A program made the position numbers and the translations under genes. The notes beneath the pieces are model-generated. The model was not told the DNA's origin. It saw only the letters and a list, made by a program, of their open reading frames with translations, and made no database searches. From positions 1 to 64,000 of the forward strand of contig OW569377.1 in assembly GCA_937625935.1 (NCBI GenBank): DNA of 64,000 nucleotides, read 5' to 3'. This document shows positions 19,493 to 32,500 of the stretch, in pieces; within the stretch, counting starts at the first letter, position 1, and each line of letters starts with the position of its first letter. Source of the DNA: Tetramitus jugosus (Eukaryota; Protista; Heterolobosea).

Positions 19493-20812
19493 ATGAACAA
19501 TGAACCATCACTCAACAACAACAACAATAATCGAAATAATGTAAATAACAATGTCAACAACAACAGCATTGACCATGACTTGTATCGATGGTTTCACAGT
19601 GGTACAAACAACAGCAACAACAGCATCAACAACCCTGCTCACGTACCCAACATGAGTCGTCTTTCTCTCAGCAATTACAACAACATTCATACCAATCCGT
19701 TGGAAGTGGATGAATTTCCTCTCATGTTTCTTCGTAATCAAAACACCAATAATAACAACATCAACAACAATACCAACGTTAACAACAACACAAGAAATGA
19801 CAATATGAATGCAACGACCAATCTCATGATGATGTTGAACAACAACAGTACCAACAATGTCAATACCAATAACAATAACAACAATAATAGTAGTAACATT
19901 GGTGTCAATAATTCGAATGGTAGTAGTTCCAGAATCTATCCTTTCCTATTGAACAACAATAACACCACAAACAACAATAATCAACATTCCACCAATAACA
20001 ATAATAATAATGCTAGTAATAATAGTAACAACAACAATTCTGCAATGTCAAGTGGTACTTCATTCACTTACAATGCCATTCAAAGTATTTGTGCCAACGT
20101 TTCTGCTGCACCACCCTTTTTGGAAGATGTGATCGTATGTGTCAATCACAGTGATGTTCATTGGGACTCTAGTCGAAAAAACGATGTGACCAAATGTTGT
20201 AAGAATTTGGGCGCCAAAATCATGAAGACGAAAAATGTCATTTCCTCTGATGCGATTCTCACTGGTCAAACCATCGTTCTATTTATTACCATGTTCAAGA
20301 GTGGTGAGGAATATGAAAAAATGTTGCATTATGGAAACAAGAATGTGTGCATCATGTCACCCTACTTTCTCAATTTTTTAATCTCGTTCTATAGTCAACC
20401 CAGAGTGCAAATGACGTCAATGGATCGGCCGAGTCGTCGTAGTCAATCACACAATCATTTTGGTCTGTTGCAAATGCCTCGATTTGACAATTGTCACCCA
20501 TTGTTTGCACCGCTGCCTAGCAGAGACGGTATACCACACATGAAGGATTTTGTAATCTCGGTCACGGGGTTCATTGGTTCAGAGAGATCCGACCTCAAAT
20601 TTCTCATTCGGGCTGTCGGAGCAAAGTACAGTGGAGCACTGTCCAAGAAGGAGAATACTCATTTGATCTGTTGTAATGCAGAAGGTGAAAAATGGAGAAA
20701 GGCCAAGGAATGGAAGATCAAGGTGGTTAATTTCAGGTGGTTGTGGGACTGTGTGGAACAGTGGTCGTACATTGACGAATCTGCCTATCAGGATGTCCTA
20801 GTTGTTCGGTAA
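19493..20812 (+). CDS. Tandem-BRCT protein with Asn-rich N-terminus (PTIP/Rtt107/TopBP1-like BRCT pair)
   Basis: ISVTGFIGSERSDLKFLIRAVGAKYSGALSKKENTHLIC..A.GEKW.KAKEW.IKVVN.RWLWDC. Confidence 0.85.
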   Translation: MNNEPSLNNNNNNRNNVNNNVNNNSIDHDLYRWFHSGTNNSNNSINNPAHVPNMSRLSLSNYNNIHTNPLEVDEFPLMFLRNQNTNNNNINNNTNVNNNTRNDNMNATTNLMMMLNNNSTNNVNTNNNNNNNSSNIGVNNSNGSSSRIYPFLLNNNNTTNNNNQHSTNNNNNNASNNSNNNNSAMSSGTSFTYNAIQSICANVSAAPPFLEDVIVCVNHSDVHWDSSRKNDVTKCCKNLGAKIMKTKNVISSDAILTGQTIVLFITMFKSGEEYEKMLHYGNKNVCIMSPYFLNFLISFYSQPRVQMTSMDRPSRRSQSHNHFGLLQMPRFDNCHPLFAPLPSRDGIPHMKDFVISVTGFIGSERSDLKFLIRAVGAKYSGALSKKENTHLICCNAEGEKWRKAKEWKIKVVNFRWLWDCVEQWSYIDESAYQDVLVVR

Positions 20813-21091
20813 GACACATTCTTGTGAACAGAATGATTTCAACAACAGGTTTCATTCTTGTGTCGCTTCATATTCCTCCTCCTAGCCTTCAAACAAACAA
20901 CACAGGGAGAACATCTCTGCAATGTCTGGCTGGAATCTGTGATAAAGATTTTATCCGCTTTTTGTTTACCCGACCGGATCTTTGGTTGTTGAATTTTCAC
21001 ACAGTTTTCTCAGTGCGCACGAAAGTCAACAAACAACAACAACGAACAACGAACAACAACACCCACAAATCAACAACAACAACGAAAAAAA

Positions 21092-22260
21092 ATGGAGTGC
21101 CCAATCACAGGAATGAAAACAAATGGCATTGAGTCTTGCCCAGTGATCAAAGGAGTCAACGAAGACGAAGTAAAGGAGATCCAACAACAAAATGGCGAAG
21201 AAGAGCAAACTGGCGCAGGTGGTGCATTGAGTGATGCCTTTGATTTTGACTCTGAGTTTGCCAATGATATACCTTCTATTGCCGCCTATAAAAAGATGAG
21301 AAAAATTATGAAGCTTATCACTGGCTTCTATGGCAATGGTACCAAGACGAAACGCGAACAATATGAAAGTATGTGTGTCTTTGACGTGTGTGAAAAGAGC
21401 GTTTTTTATTGTTGTTTGCGCAAAGATAATCGCAAAGCTTTTTTCCCGTGTTTGGCGCCCAAATGATGAACCGTTTCGCTTACAGCAATGTTTTTTGAAC
21501 AACAGACTTGGAAGAAGATTTGAAGAGAGTAAGCTTTGACATTTACCAAAGCAAGGAACAACTCAAAGTTCTAGAATCTGAAGAGAATATCAAATTCAGA
21601 GGCCACTTGAAGTGGAAAGAGTACGTTCAAGAGCTCAAGGACGAAGCACAGAGACTAGAGGCAGAAAGAGTGGAGATTGAAATCAAGAGAGATCACTACA
21701 AGACGCTCTCTGTCTGGAGTGAAAAGATTGTTTCCATTTGTGAGTGGCTAGAGCTAAACTTGGATGATTTTGCCAACAGAAACATTACTGATTTGCCAGA
21801 AGCTTTACAAAAGGAAACTGCTGAAAATGCCGCCAAGCTAAGAGCATTGTCCGATGAAGAAGTTCAAGAGTTCTCCAAGGGTCTAGATGAAATTACACAC
21901 AACTTGACTGAATCGAGAGACTTTTTCGAAGCTTCAGTCGACGGTAGAATGACTGAATATCAATCTGTTCAAGCTGAAATTATTGAGTGCCAATTGCGCG
22001 CTTTGGAGCAATTCCCAAGTGAAGACAATCCAAGAAGAGATTACATTGAAGCGACACTGCAAGAAGATTTGGAATACATTCACAAGCAAATTAGAGACGC
22101 AGCTACTGCACCAGTGCAAAACAGAAGACAGAGAATGTTGAAGATGCACAAGGACTTTTTGCAAGTGCTAAAGTTCTTCACTGACAAGTTGCACGTGTTG
22201 AAGTTGGACCCTAGCAAGAGATCCTACGACCCACAATTCACTGACTTGTTCACTGCGTAA
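21092..22260 (+). CDS. Hypothetical coiled-coil protein, 2 exons (21092-21368, 21506-22260)
   Basis: Intron 21369-21505 (GTATGT..CAG) joins the two ORFs in frame. Codon usage resembles neighbouring host genes. Confidence 0.75.
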
Positions 22261-22681
22261 AGAAACATGCAATATACCCATCTTTATTCCATCCGCATAC
22301 TACTCTCATGTTCGCTCCTTGATTGATATCTTGAGACTCAAGTGTCGATTGGCGTCATCTTTACTTCGTCGTCTTGGTATCGATCAGGTCGGATGGAATT
22401 TGAAACATCAAACGTCCGTCAGTTCCGTCTGTCAAATTTTGACAAACAGTCACTCCTCTTATCACCAAACAGCAGTCACCATCCAAAACATAAAACGGAA
22501 TTGTTCGAACGTCTCAAGAAACACCTAATCTCCTCAAACAAAAACAGAAACAACCACACTTGTAAAATATCCAACAACATTATCAATAATAACAACAACT
22601 CATTATTTGATAACAACAACAAAAAAATCCTCATCTTTTCCACAACAAAATAACCAAAACACAACAAACCAAAACACAACA

Positions 22682-23335
22682 ATGAGCACAAAAGGCGAAG
22701 AATTCACACTCATCATCATTGGTGGTGGAGGTGTCGGAAAAACTTGCATCACATGCAGACTGACGGGCGACAAGTACGACGAAAACTACAATCCAACGAT
22801 TGAAGAAACCTATGTGAAGCAAATGACAGTCAACGATCAATCCATATCACTCACAATTGTTGATACGGCAGGACAAGAAGAATATGCTGTATTGAGAGAT
22901 CAATACTGGAGAACAGGCGACGGTTTCTTGTTTGTTTTCGATGTGACCAATCACAGTTCGTTCGAAGCGCTCAACGGATTTTATGATTCAATTGTCAAGG
23001 CAAAGGAAATTGAACCGTTGCCCATTGTTCTCTGTGCAAACAAGTGTGATTTAGATAAGAGTGAGTGGAAGGTGAATGAAGAACAGATGACTCAATTGTC
23101 CAAGAATTATTCGTGGGCTCATTTTCCAACGTCGGCAAAGAATATGATCAATGTACAGGAGTCGTTGGATGAAGTCGTGAAGAGAATGATAAAATTCAGA
23201 CGAGTTTTGGAGAGTGGTGGTGCTGATGGAACGCCTGAAGAAGAAGGAAACGATGCTGCCAATGGTGATGGAAGCGATGGAAAGAAGAAGAATATGAAGG
23301 GTTTGTTCAAATCATTGTTCAGACGAAAAAAGTAA
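22682..23335 (+). CDS. Ras-family small GTPase lacking a CaaX box
   Basis: GGGGVGKT, YNPTIEE, DTAGQEEY, NKCDL, TSAK. Ends KGLFKSLFRRKK. Confidence 0.95.
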   Translation: MSTKGEEFTLIIIGGGGVGKTCITCRLTGDKYDENYNPTIEETYVKQMTVNDQSISLTIVDTAGQEEYAVLRDQYWRTGDGFLFVFDVTNHSSFEALNGFYDSIVKAKEIEPLPIVLCANKCDLDKSEWKVNEEQMTQLSKNYSWAHFPTSAKNMINVQESLDEVVKRMIKFRRVLESGGADGTPEEEGNDAANGDGSDGKKKNMKGLFKSLFRRKK

Positions 23336-23691
23336 ACAAACAAGCAATAGTGTATAACAATAATGTTGAGAGCTCTCTTGTAGAGTTTTATTATTCTTTT
23401 TATGATGTGTGAGTGATTGCTTCGTTCATTGTCCATGGATTTTTTGTAGTGCGCAGCTTTTTGTCGGGATAATGGTATCGGATTCAATGGATTGTAAAGT
23501 GTATCGTGAGTCGATGGATGAATCTAAAGGAACGACCATGCCCAACAGTCAAGCGGAGAGTGCATCTTGATTCCTCATAATCCCACAAGACACACAACCA
23601 AACAAAAAGGTGCACCAATTCCGAGCTAACCAACAACCACAAAACAATACAACCCAACTAGCATAGGAACAAAACAACAACAACAACAAAC

Positions 23692-24684
23692 ATGAGAAGC
23701 ATTTATCAGAGATTAGTGGCTAGAGTTTCAAGTCAATCGCCCAACAGCACAGAGACACCTACGACACCAACGACTCCAGGTCGTAAGAACCTTTCCCGAG
23801 AACTTCGAGTCGATCCAGAGTTGCAACAAAGAAGACAAATGTATCACTGTGGAACCAACTTTTACACTCTGGATGAAATTAAAAAGTGGTCCGAAGTCAA
23901 CCAGCAAACCGTGATTCCTGCCAGAAACATTCAACTGGATCCAGTGGTCTTTCCCAAGAAGAGAGGAGTTGATCAAAGTAGTCAAGGAGTGGAGTCACAA
24001 GAACAATCCAAGTTGAACAACAACAAGGATCTAACGGTGAAAAACGAAGAACAACTCACAGAACAAACTCCAACGATTCAACCATTGTTTCCTCATGACC
24101 AAGAAATCAATAATCTCATTAGTTTCTGGAGAGGTGATATCACTGAGCTAGAAATTGATGCGATCGTTGATCCTTCGAATGAGTCTTTGTCTGGTGGAGG
24201 TTCAGGAACTGACAGTATTATCCATCAGGCAGCAGGTCCAGAATTGGCCTTTTTCAATGAGACATTGGGAGGTTGTCCAGTAGGAAGTGGAAGATTGAGC
24301 CCAGGTTTTCGTCTTCCAAGCAAGTATGTCATCTCAACAGTGTGTCCTCAGAAAGAGAATGAGATGGCATTGAGAAGCTGTTACTTGTCCTGTTTGGACA
24401 TTGCTTCGCTGAACAAGGAAATCCGTTCAGTTGCCTTTAGTTGTATTGTAGCAGGTGAATATGTGGGTCAATTTGAGAAAGCAACAGAGATTGCTCTGAA
24501 AACAATCAGGAGATGGTTGGAGGTGCCATTCAATCGAGGAAAGCTCGATAGGATCATATTCGTTGTGCAGTCTGATCTCGCAGAAACAACTTATCAAAAA
24601 CTGTTGCCTCAATACTTTCCCAGAGCAACAGACGCTCCACCTTCATCCGACAACTCCATCTCCTCACCTGCCAACGTCCAGTAG
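23692..24684 (+). CDS. Macro-domain protein (MacroD/GDAP2-like)
   Basis: ISFWRGDITELEIDAIV..SNESL.GG...IH.AAGPEL..GC..G....GFRLPSKYVI.TV.P..LRSCY..SVAF.CI. Confidence 0.9.
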   Translation: MRSIYQRLVARVSSQSPNSTETPTTPTTPGRKNLSRELRVDPELQQRRQMYHCGTNFYTLDEIKKWSEVNQQTVIPARNIQLDPVVFPKKRGVDQSSQGVESQEQSKLNNNKDLTVKNEEQLTEQTPTIQPLFPHDQEINNLISFWRGDITELEIDAIVDPSNESLSGGGSGTDSIIHQAAGPELAFFNETLGGCPVGSGRLSPGFRLPSKYVISTVCPQKENEMALRSCYLSCLDIASLNKEIRSVAFSCIVAGEYVGQFEKATEIALKTIRRWLEVPFNRGKLDRIIFVVQSDLAETTYQKLLPQYFPRATDAPPSSDNSISSPANVQ

Positions 24685-24968
24685 ATTTTGTCAATCGCCA
24701 GCAAAATAAATATCCCGATCCATTTTTTATTGAAACTTCATGATTGTAAATCATTTGTCAAGCGTCAATCAGCAATTTTTTGACTGTCGAGCCGTGATCA
24801 ACACCACGAACAGTGATTCACCCAACAACCAACCACACCACTGATTGCAACCTCACTCGTAGTCACACAGTCACACAAAAAAAGCTTCGATCCTCCACCA
24901 TTGAAAAAAAAAGCAACAACAAAAAAAAACCATCTTCTTGTACAACAACAACCCACACAACAACAACA

Positions 24969-26096
24969 ATGAACACTAGCACCAAACAAACTGTTCTCTG
25001 TGAGACCATCTCATGTCACGCTTGGAACAAGGACAAGTCCAGAATTGCTCTCTCCGCCAACAGCAAAACCATTGATATCTATCAAACCAATGGTGCTATC
25101 AACGATTATAGCAAGTGGAGTCTCGAGTACACTCTGAGTGAACATGATCACCATGTCACAGCTATTGATTGGGCACCAAACACGAACCGTATTGTCAGTT
25201 GCTCCCAGGACAGAAACGCCTATGTCTGGACATTTGATACCTCTGAACAAGTTTGGAAGCCAACATTGGTCTTGTTGAGAATCAATCGTGCTGCCACTTG
25301 TTGCAAATGGAGTCCAAAGGAGAACAAGTTTGCTGTCGGTAGTGGAGCAAAGACTGTTTGTGTCTGTTGCTTTGAAGAAGACAACAACTGGTGGGTCAGC
25401 AAACAGATCCGTAAGCCTCACAAGAGCACCATTCTCCAATTGGCATGGCATCCAACTGACAACACCCTCTTGGCCACTGCATGTAGTGATTTCAAGGCAC
25501 GTGTCTTCTCTGCTTGGATCAAGTCTACTGACGGAAAGGACAAGGTGGCTGCATTTGGTGAAATGATCAACGAGTACAGTGCCAAGGGATGGGTGCACGA
25601 TGTTGCCTTTTCACAGAGTGGTAACACTTTGGCATTCTTGGGTCACGACTCTAGTGTCACCTTTGTCGATAGAGCATCTGGTGCTGAACAGAATGTCAAG
25701 AGCAAGGAACTTCCATTCATGAACGCACTCTTCTTGTCCGAAAATGCCTTGGTTGCTGTCGGTTATGACTACAGCCCTATTATTTTCCAAAAGAGCGGTA
25801 ATGATTGGATCCTCAAGGGCAAGATTGACACTGGTGATGAAGCAAAGTCAACTGCTAGCTCTGGTGTGAGAAGTGCGTTTGCAAAGTTCCAGACTCAGTC
25901 TCGTGTCGGTGAACAGAACGCTGAAGTCGTGTCCACTGCACTCAAGACTCGTCACACCAATGTGATCAACTCTGTTAGAGCTTACAAGGAAAGCGGCGGT
26001 AACATTACCGAATTCTCCACCAGTGGTTTGGACGGACGTGTTTGCTTCTGGACTGTGGAGGACATTAAGAAGAAGATTTCTGGATTCTCCTTGTAA
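24969..26096 (+). CDS. ARPC1: Arp2/3 complex subunit 1 (p41, WD40)
   Basis: ISCHAWNKD, IDWAPNTNRIVSCSQDRNAYVW, WKPTLVLLRINRAAT..KWSP.ENKFAVGSG, FSTSGLDG. Confidence 0.97.
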   Translation: MNTSTKQTVLCETISCHAWNKDKSRIALSANSKTIDIYQTNGAINDYSKWSLEYTLSEHDHHVTAIDWAPNTNRIVSCSQDRNAYVWTFDTSEQVWKPTLVLLRINRAATCCKWSPKENKFAVGSGAKTVCVCCFEEDNNWWVSKQIRKPHKSTILQLAWHPTDNTLLATACSDFKARVFSAWIKSTDGKDKVAAFGEMINEYSAKGWVHDVAFSQSGNTLAFLGHDSSVTFVDRASGAEQNVKSKELPFMNALFLSENALVAVGYDYSPIIFQKSGNDWILKGKIDTGDEAKSTASSGVRSAFAKFQTQSRVGEQNAEVVSTALKTRHTNVINSVRAYKESGGNITEFSTSGLDGRVCFWTVEDIKKKISGFSL

Positions 26097-26547
26097 TTTT
26101 TTTCAGCTCTCTCTTCCCAAGATCTCTATTTCTCTCTGACCTGTCTGAGTGTGCGAATGTGGTGCTAAAGCTATGTGAAGTTCACTAACAGTGTGTTTCA
26201 CAAATGCTCACACGATTCTCACGCACTCAATTAGAGCTTCCATCAGTGCGATGGGTTAGTGATCATCAAAGAAACAACATATGTAATGTAAACTCAGGAC
26301 AACACGTCGTGTAATAATAAAATGTTATTGCGGTGGTAAGGGGTTGTCGTAACCATAATAGAATTACCGCCTTGCCGCAAGCCGTTTCATAAGGTCCAAG
26401 CGCAGAATTACGGGATCTTTTTGGTAAAGGCTTTGACAACTGACGCTTCTCCACTTGCTTTCTGTGAGCATCTTTTCATCGTAATGTTTCGAACAGAGTT
26501 CCCCAACGTACTCCACAAAACTATCAAATCTACTCTTGTATTCCGAT

Positions 26548-29500
26548 ATGATAGCAAACAGTTCTCTCTTTTCGAGTACCTTTATACTACTGCTGTTGAT
26601 AGGGCTTCTGTTGTTGTGCACTTTGACCAATGGCAATATTCCCACAGCAGAAGCCACAATCAGTGAAAGAGAGCAGACCCCTATTCCATTGGATTGGATA
26701 CGTCATTATGACACTTCCCTCGTTGAACAAACCGTGTTGGTCAACAGAGACTCATTTCAGTCCAATGAATTGGTCATCGTTGCTCAGAAATCACAAGAAA
26801 ACGCATACTTTGCAATGAAAACGGATCGTGGCCTAGGAACTGTTTGGTCAAGCGACTTACCACTCAATTTTGTACCTCTCTCGCTGGCTGTCAGCTCTGC
26901 TTCGGTTCTTGTCTCTGGTTATCACAACACAACTGGTGGTTCCTATCACAATGAAATTCCTGGTTTAATCTCGATTGGGAGTGCAACTGGAATTCAAGCG
27001 TGGACTTATGATCACGCAAGTAATTTGCCAGCGCTGCCAAATGGCAGAATCTCAAGTGTGACTATTGATCAAACATCTGGCAATATTTATGCCACAGGAT
27101 CGATTGGATTAGTAGATGCTCTGACTGGAAATTATACTTCTTCGATATGGATATTACAGGTGTCAAATGCCATGGGAACAATGATTGCCAATGTGACAAG
27201 TAGTATAGGGGAGGGATTCAATGTTGGTACAACTATTGAATCAACAAATGGAACCATTGTCATTGCGTCCAGAGTATCAGTCAGCGTTGATGCCTGCTCC
27301 AATTCTTTCACGACAGGAGGGTTACTGTCAATACTTGAGTCATCAGGAACGAGCATTGACTGGTCATTGTGTCGACATTTTCCGAATTCCTATGAAGTCA
27401 ATGTCACTGCTGGACCATTTGCCCGGGTGAAAGGTTCTCAAATTGTTTTTGTGGAGCCTACATTTGACGTTTCATGTCATATCATCGGCTCTTCTTCATT
27501 GGCAGATATTGTACCACCATATCAGATAGTGGCTTCTCGAACAGCTGGTAGTCAAATGATAGTCAATGCTGTATCTTGGTACTCAAGCCAAGAGTTAGTA
27601 ATAACAGGATCTATATCTGGGTCTGTGACACTAATGACATCTCAGCTTCTATCATCGGTAGATCAAAGAGATGGATTTGTGTTAGCATGGGATGCGAACA
27701 ATTATGCAAGTAGTGGCAAGATTACAACTTTTGGAAGAGTGGGCGATGATTTTGGAACAGACTTAGTTGTAGATGGTCAAGGAAACATTCTCGTGACTGG
27801 TTATGTCGCAACCAGTGGAGTAAGTTGGGGCCATACGGATCTTCTTTTGGAGGATCAGTCTGCTTTTGTAGCTCAACTAAGATCTGGCGCCACCACTCCC
27901 AACATAATCATCGCTCAAAATGTGACCAATGATTTGAATCTTACAACTTCGAGCAATTCGTACACATTTTCAGGAGAAATATTTGTTGTAGATAGTGAAA
28001 TAATTTGTCTATCAAATACTGTGATCTTTTTATACAGAGCAAGCCTCAAGCTGATCAACTCAACAGTATCTCTCATCGGCACTTCATCACAAGGGATAAC
28101 ACTAAATCAAATCAGTGTGTCAGGATCTCAGTTATCGACACTTATAGATTGTGATCAACAATCCTTAGTTCAATTGTACAGAGTAAGCATGCAATCATTG
28201 ACTCAATATATTGATGCTTTAGTGAAGGTAGATGGGGGATCAATCGATCTGTCCTCTGTAACGATGGGAGCTACTTCAACAAATTATGTGCTACTAACTG
28301 ACTCAATATCCGCTCAGATTGTTGGGTCAAGTTTCTTGAATGGGCCGGTCACTTCTATTGCAGTCACCTTCACTGATATGGCTCCGACTTCCTCGATACA
28401 TATCAGAGATAACACATTTTTTTACATGACTTCATTAACAGTCACATGCGTCGCAGATAATCTGGACAACATACCAAGAAAGATTGAAGTCATTGGTAAC
28501 ACTATGTTCTCATCTCATATCTATCTTACTATTACGACAAGCATGGATATTCTGATATCAGATAACGACTTCCAAAGTGGAGGAAGAGTTTGGTCCTCTG
28601 TTAAAATCAGTGCCAGTAACTACTTCGTGATCAGGTCGAACAAATTCGCTGGAGGATCAGAGCCTATATATGTGCTCTCCTTATTTAAAGGATCTTACTC
28701 AATCACCAACAACTCAATCACTACTGGAGGTTCGACAACAGAACAGGGTGCATTTAATTTCATATCATCTACCTATTGCAACCAAAGAATAGAGATAAGC
28801 AGAAACGTATTTACATTTGGTTTGGCAGCATTCTATCCTAATTTAGTTCAATTGAATTTTGACGTTTCATGCAGGAAAGCTGAGTTCACGAACAATAATA
28901 TAGGTGGAGCCAGTAGCACTATTAAGTTGAAGGGGAGACTTCACTTTAGCAGGAATAGGCTCACGAACAGCGTTGATTTTCATTATAATAACACTAACTC
29001 GAAAGTATTAACTGCCCAATTCAATTACTGGGGAGTAGAGAGTTATTCACTAGTGAAAGCTAAGGTGAACCCTCTTACTTCTATTTCGGTGTTTTTTACA
29101 CCATTCTTGAATTCAACTGGTGGTGTAGTATATGACAATCCACAATTCTCCTCTCCCACAGCCAGCGATTGTCACACGATCAAGATCTTGTATTCATCAG
29201 CACCAACAGGTGTTTATACAATTTACCCGGCATGTATCCCTACATCAGTTAGATGCAATATGGAAGAGGGAACCGGATCTATCGTCCTTCAAAGAAGAAT
29301 AACGGGTGAGCAAAATTTCGACATGAATTGGAACGATTATAGAGATGGTTTTGGTGATCTTGATGAAGAGTTTGTTACTGGGTTGTCTCTGATGAACTTT
29401 CTGACCTTTAGAAATGCTTCAGTTACCATTCGTCTCGAGAGCTATAATCAAGAGATCTCTACTCTTTTTAATGGATCGATGAGTGTAGGAAATAGTGAGG

Positions 29501-32500
29501 GCGGTTATCCATTGACTCTCAACATTGAAGGCAATAATTTAATTGAAGGACTTCCTTTTCAAGCAACTGGTAAACCAAATGGTACGCTCTCCTGTGTAAA
29601 CTCAAAGTCTGGATGGTGGTTTTCATCAGATTGTAATGTCATGAATTTAAATGGAAATTATTCAAGCGGAATTCAATTCCCCAACTTTAATTATCCAATA
29701 ACTTCTACAGAGATCATGATCAAACTGAATCCCAAACAACAAATTGCTCTACAATGTCCTCAAGCTCTATGTGGCGGTATTTCATCAAGTGACCCGACAG
29801 TATGTTCTGGTCATGGAGATTGTGTAGCTTTCAATCTTTGTTCTTGCAACGATGGATACAGAGGTGGTGATTGTGCGACTAAAATCTGGAGTTGCTACGG
29901 GATTGATCGACAGAATATTACCGTTTGTTCAGAACATGGACTATGTGAATCTCAAGATGTTTGTAATTGTTCTCGAAATTACCAGGGAGAAACTTGCAAC
30001 AGCACAATCAGAGATCCAGTGATGGTCAAATTTGATAATTATCTTCAATCGGTTGCGTACTGTGAGAATCCACGGGTTATAGCGCGCATATCAGGAGAGA
30101 ACAATCGGACTAATCTAACTTTCAAGTGGTTTGCAGAGACTCTGAATCCTACTCCTGCTTCAGCCATTTTATTGCAAAATCTCAACGACGAACTATCAGT
30201 AATGAATAACTATACAATCACTATAGACGAGTCTCTATTATTTGGATCAGTTATTCTCCATTTGGAGGTATATGAAGATGGATTGTTTTTCATTGGTGAG
30301 GGTTCATTGGTTCTTTCAAAAGGTTCAGTTCCCAATTTTTCGAGCAGTATAATTGTGGAAATAGATAGTCCCTGGATTGTACCAGCAGATGAGCCACTGA
30401 CAGTTTACGCTTACTTATCATCCAATGCCAGCTGTGTATTGAACAACAAGTTAAAAGATTGGACCGTTAATGGTTTTAATCAACCGAGTACAACGACACT
30501 GAAAAATTACTGGAGTTTTGTGATAATTCCCTCTCATTCCCTAACTTCTCAAACATTTAGCTTGAGAGTGGGAATTAATGGGGCCCCTTCTTATTCTAGC
30601 AAGAAACTCACACTCCAAACATATAACACCAAACCTACAGCCATCATCAGTGGAGGCAGCAGAGTTATGTTCCAAGGAGATTCGAATTTTTTGGATGCAT
30701 CTGAAAGTTCTGATGAAAAGCAACGTGGAAACAGATCTGATACCCTCTTTGTTTGGACATGCGAAGGATGCAAGAACACTTATCCTGGGAACACTTCGAT
30801 TATCATTATTCGAGAGGACGTAGGGTCTTACAAGTTCAAGCTCGCTTATTGGCCAAATATTCTATTTCCCAATAGAACCGCTGTTGACGAGGTGAATATT
30901 GATATTGTTGAGTCGTCTACCTTTTCTCCCACTCTAAAGTTCAAGTCTATATTAGCTGACTACACAGATCCACACAAGAAGCTTCGTCTTGAAGGTGTAT
31001 TCGAACACAGATTAGATCGCTATACTGTTGAAAATGAATGGATAATGGAGGACTTACATGATCGTAGCACTCAATCTTTTGGTATAACATCTACTTTAGT
31101 GCCCTTGGTATTGGAGGAGGGATTTCTATCCATGAACCATACCTACAAGTTTACATTGCGGTCTCGATATGTCAAGGCTCATAAGGATGTATACGGAACT
31201 GCGTATTCTTTTACCACTGTAGTTTCATCTCCAGAGATTAGATCTTATTCTTTCTATCCCTCTACTGGACTAGCATTGAGTACTGAGTTTTCATTTTCTA
31301 TTTCTGCGATTGATATCATAGAATCCTATCCACTTCGGTACACACTGGCATACCTTCATCCAATGGAGAAAAGATACATAGTTCTAAGGGCGTTAGCTAG
31401 TAGTGGGTCTATCTTATCCCCATTACCGGGCTTTAATGGATCAGAAAGCATTTCAATGAGGTACACTGTGACCAATGTTTATGGTTCATCTAGTAGCATC
31501 GAATTTCAAGTCCCGTTGAATTCAGACATGGACGAACTCACGCTCTCCTCAAGACTACAAGACATCATTGGTGTTATTACTTCTCCTTCGAGAAGTCGAA
31601 ACCCAGAGCCATATATGAGTGTGGCTGTTTCAGCCATTGACTCACTTGCCACGATTAACATTTCAGTTACAGCAATGATGGATGAAGTGTTGGACTTTAT
31701 CATCGCTCAATCGGACGACGAAATAGCAAGCAGTCAAACAGTTTCTCTTGGCTCTACACTCGCTCGCCTAGAATTTATCCACATATTATCACGACCTTTT
31801 AACCAGTTCTCTGAGCATACAACGAATGCTTCGTTGCTCGCGTTTGATCGAGTATTGGACTCTTGTGTTTCATCAAAGTCTGACATATTGTCTGATGCAG
31901 AGATTCAAATATCATCAACTATTTCAAACTTATTTATTGCCACCAGGGACATTAACAGTACGTTTACTCTCTCAAAATTCATACCTAGATTGGTCGAGGT
32001 AATCAGCAGCCAAATGCTCGTTGCAGAGAATCAATCCTTGCTTACCACGGAATCATACGATTTGGCTATTCGGGTAGATGATCAGCAGAGTATGTTAAAC
32101 TCTTTAATACGCACTGGACATGCCCGAATCATTATGCCTACGAGTATGAATCCTTTAGGGGGTGGCACATTTATTGTACAAGCCCTAAGTATAGACTCCT
32201 ATGATTCGAAGCCAACAAATTACACCAACGACAATGGAACAGATACCTACAGCTCTCCTATCGTAGAATTCAAGGTCATGCAGAATGGGGAGAAGATCAA
32301 ACTTCAAAATCTAAAGAAACCAATTGAGATTGTACTGAGACGAGATCTACCCTTGGATTACAATCTGACTGACCATCGTATTCACTGCTTCTACAAGGAT
32401 GAGATGGATGAAGAGAATTGGAGGAGAGATGGGTGTAAATTATTCAGGTACAATAGCACAGACATCGTTTGTCGTTGTACTCATACAACAAGCTTCTCTT

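Noticed and set aside
19493-20040. AAC/AAT microsatellite-like tracts
   Set aside because: Ordinary poly-Asn low-complexity coding sequence.
21369-21505. Intronic C/D snoRNA (ATGATGA present) in an unusually long intron
   Set aside because: No downstream CTGA D box or terminal stem.
26140-26390. Imperfect stem-loops downstream of ARPC1
   Set aside because: Pairings are short and bulged with no recognisable ncRNA motif; not distinguishable from chance by eye.
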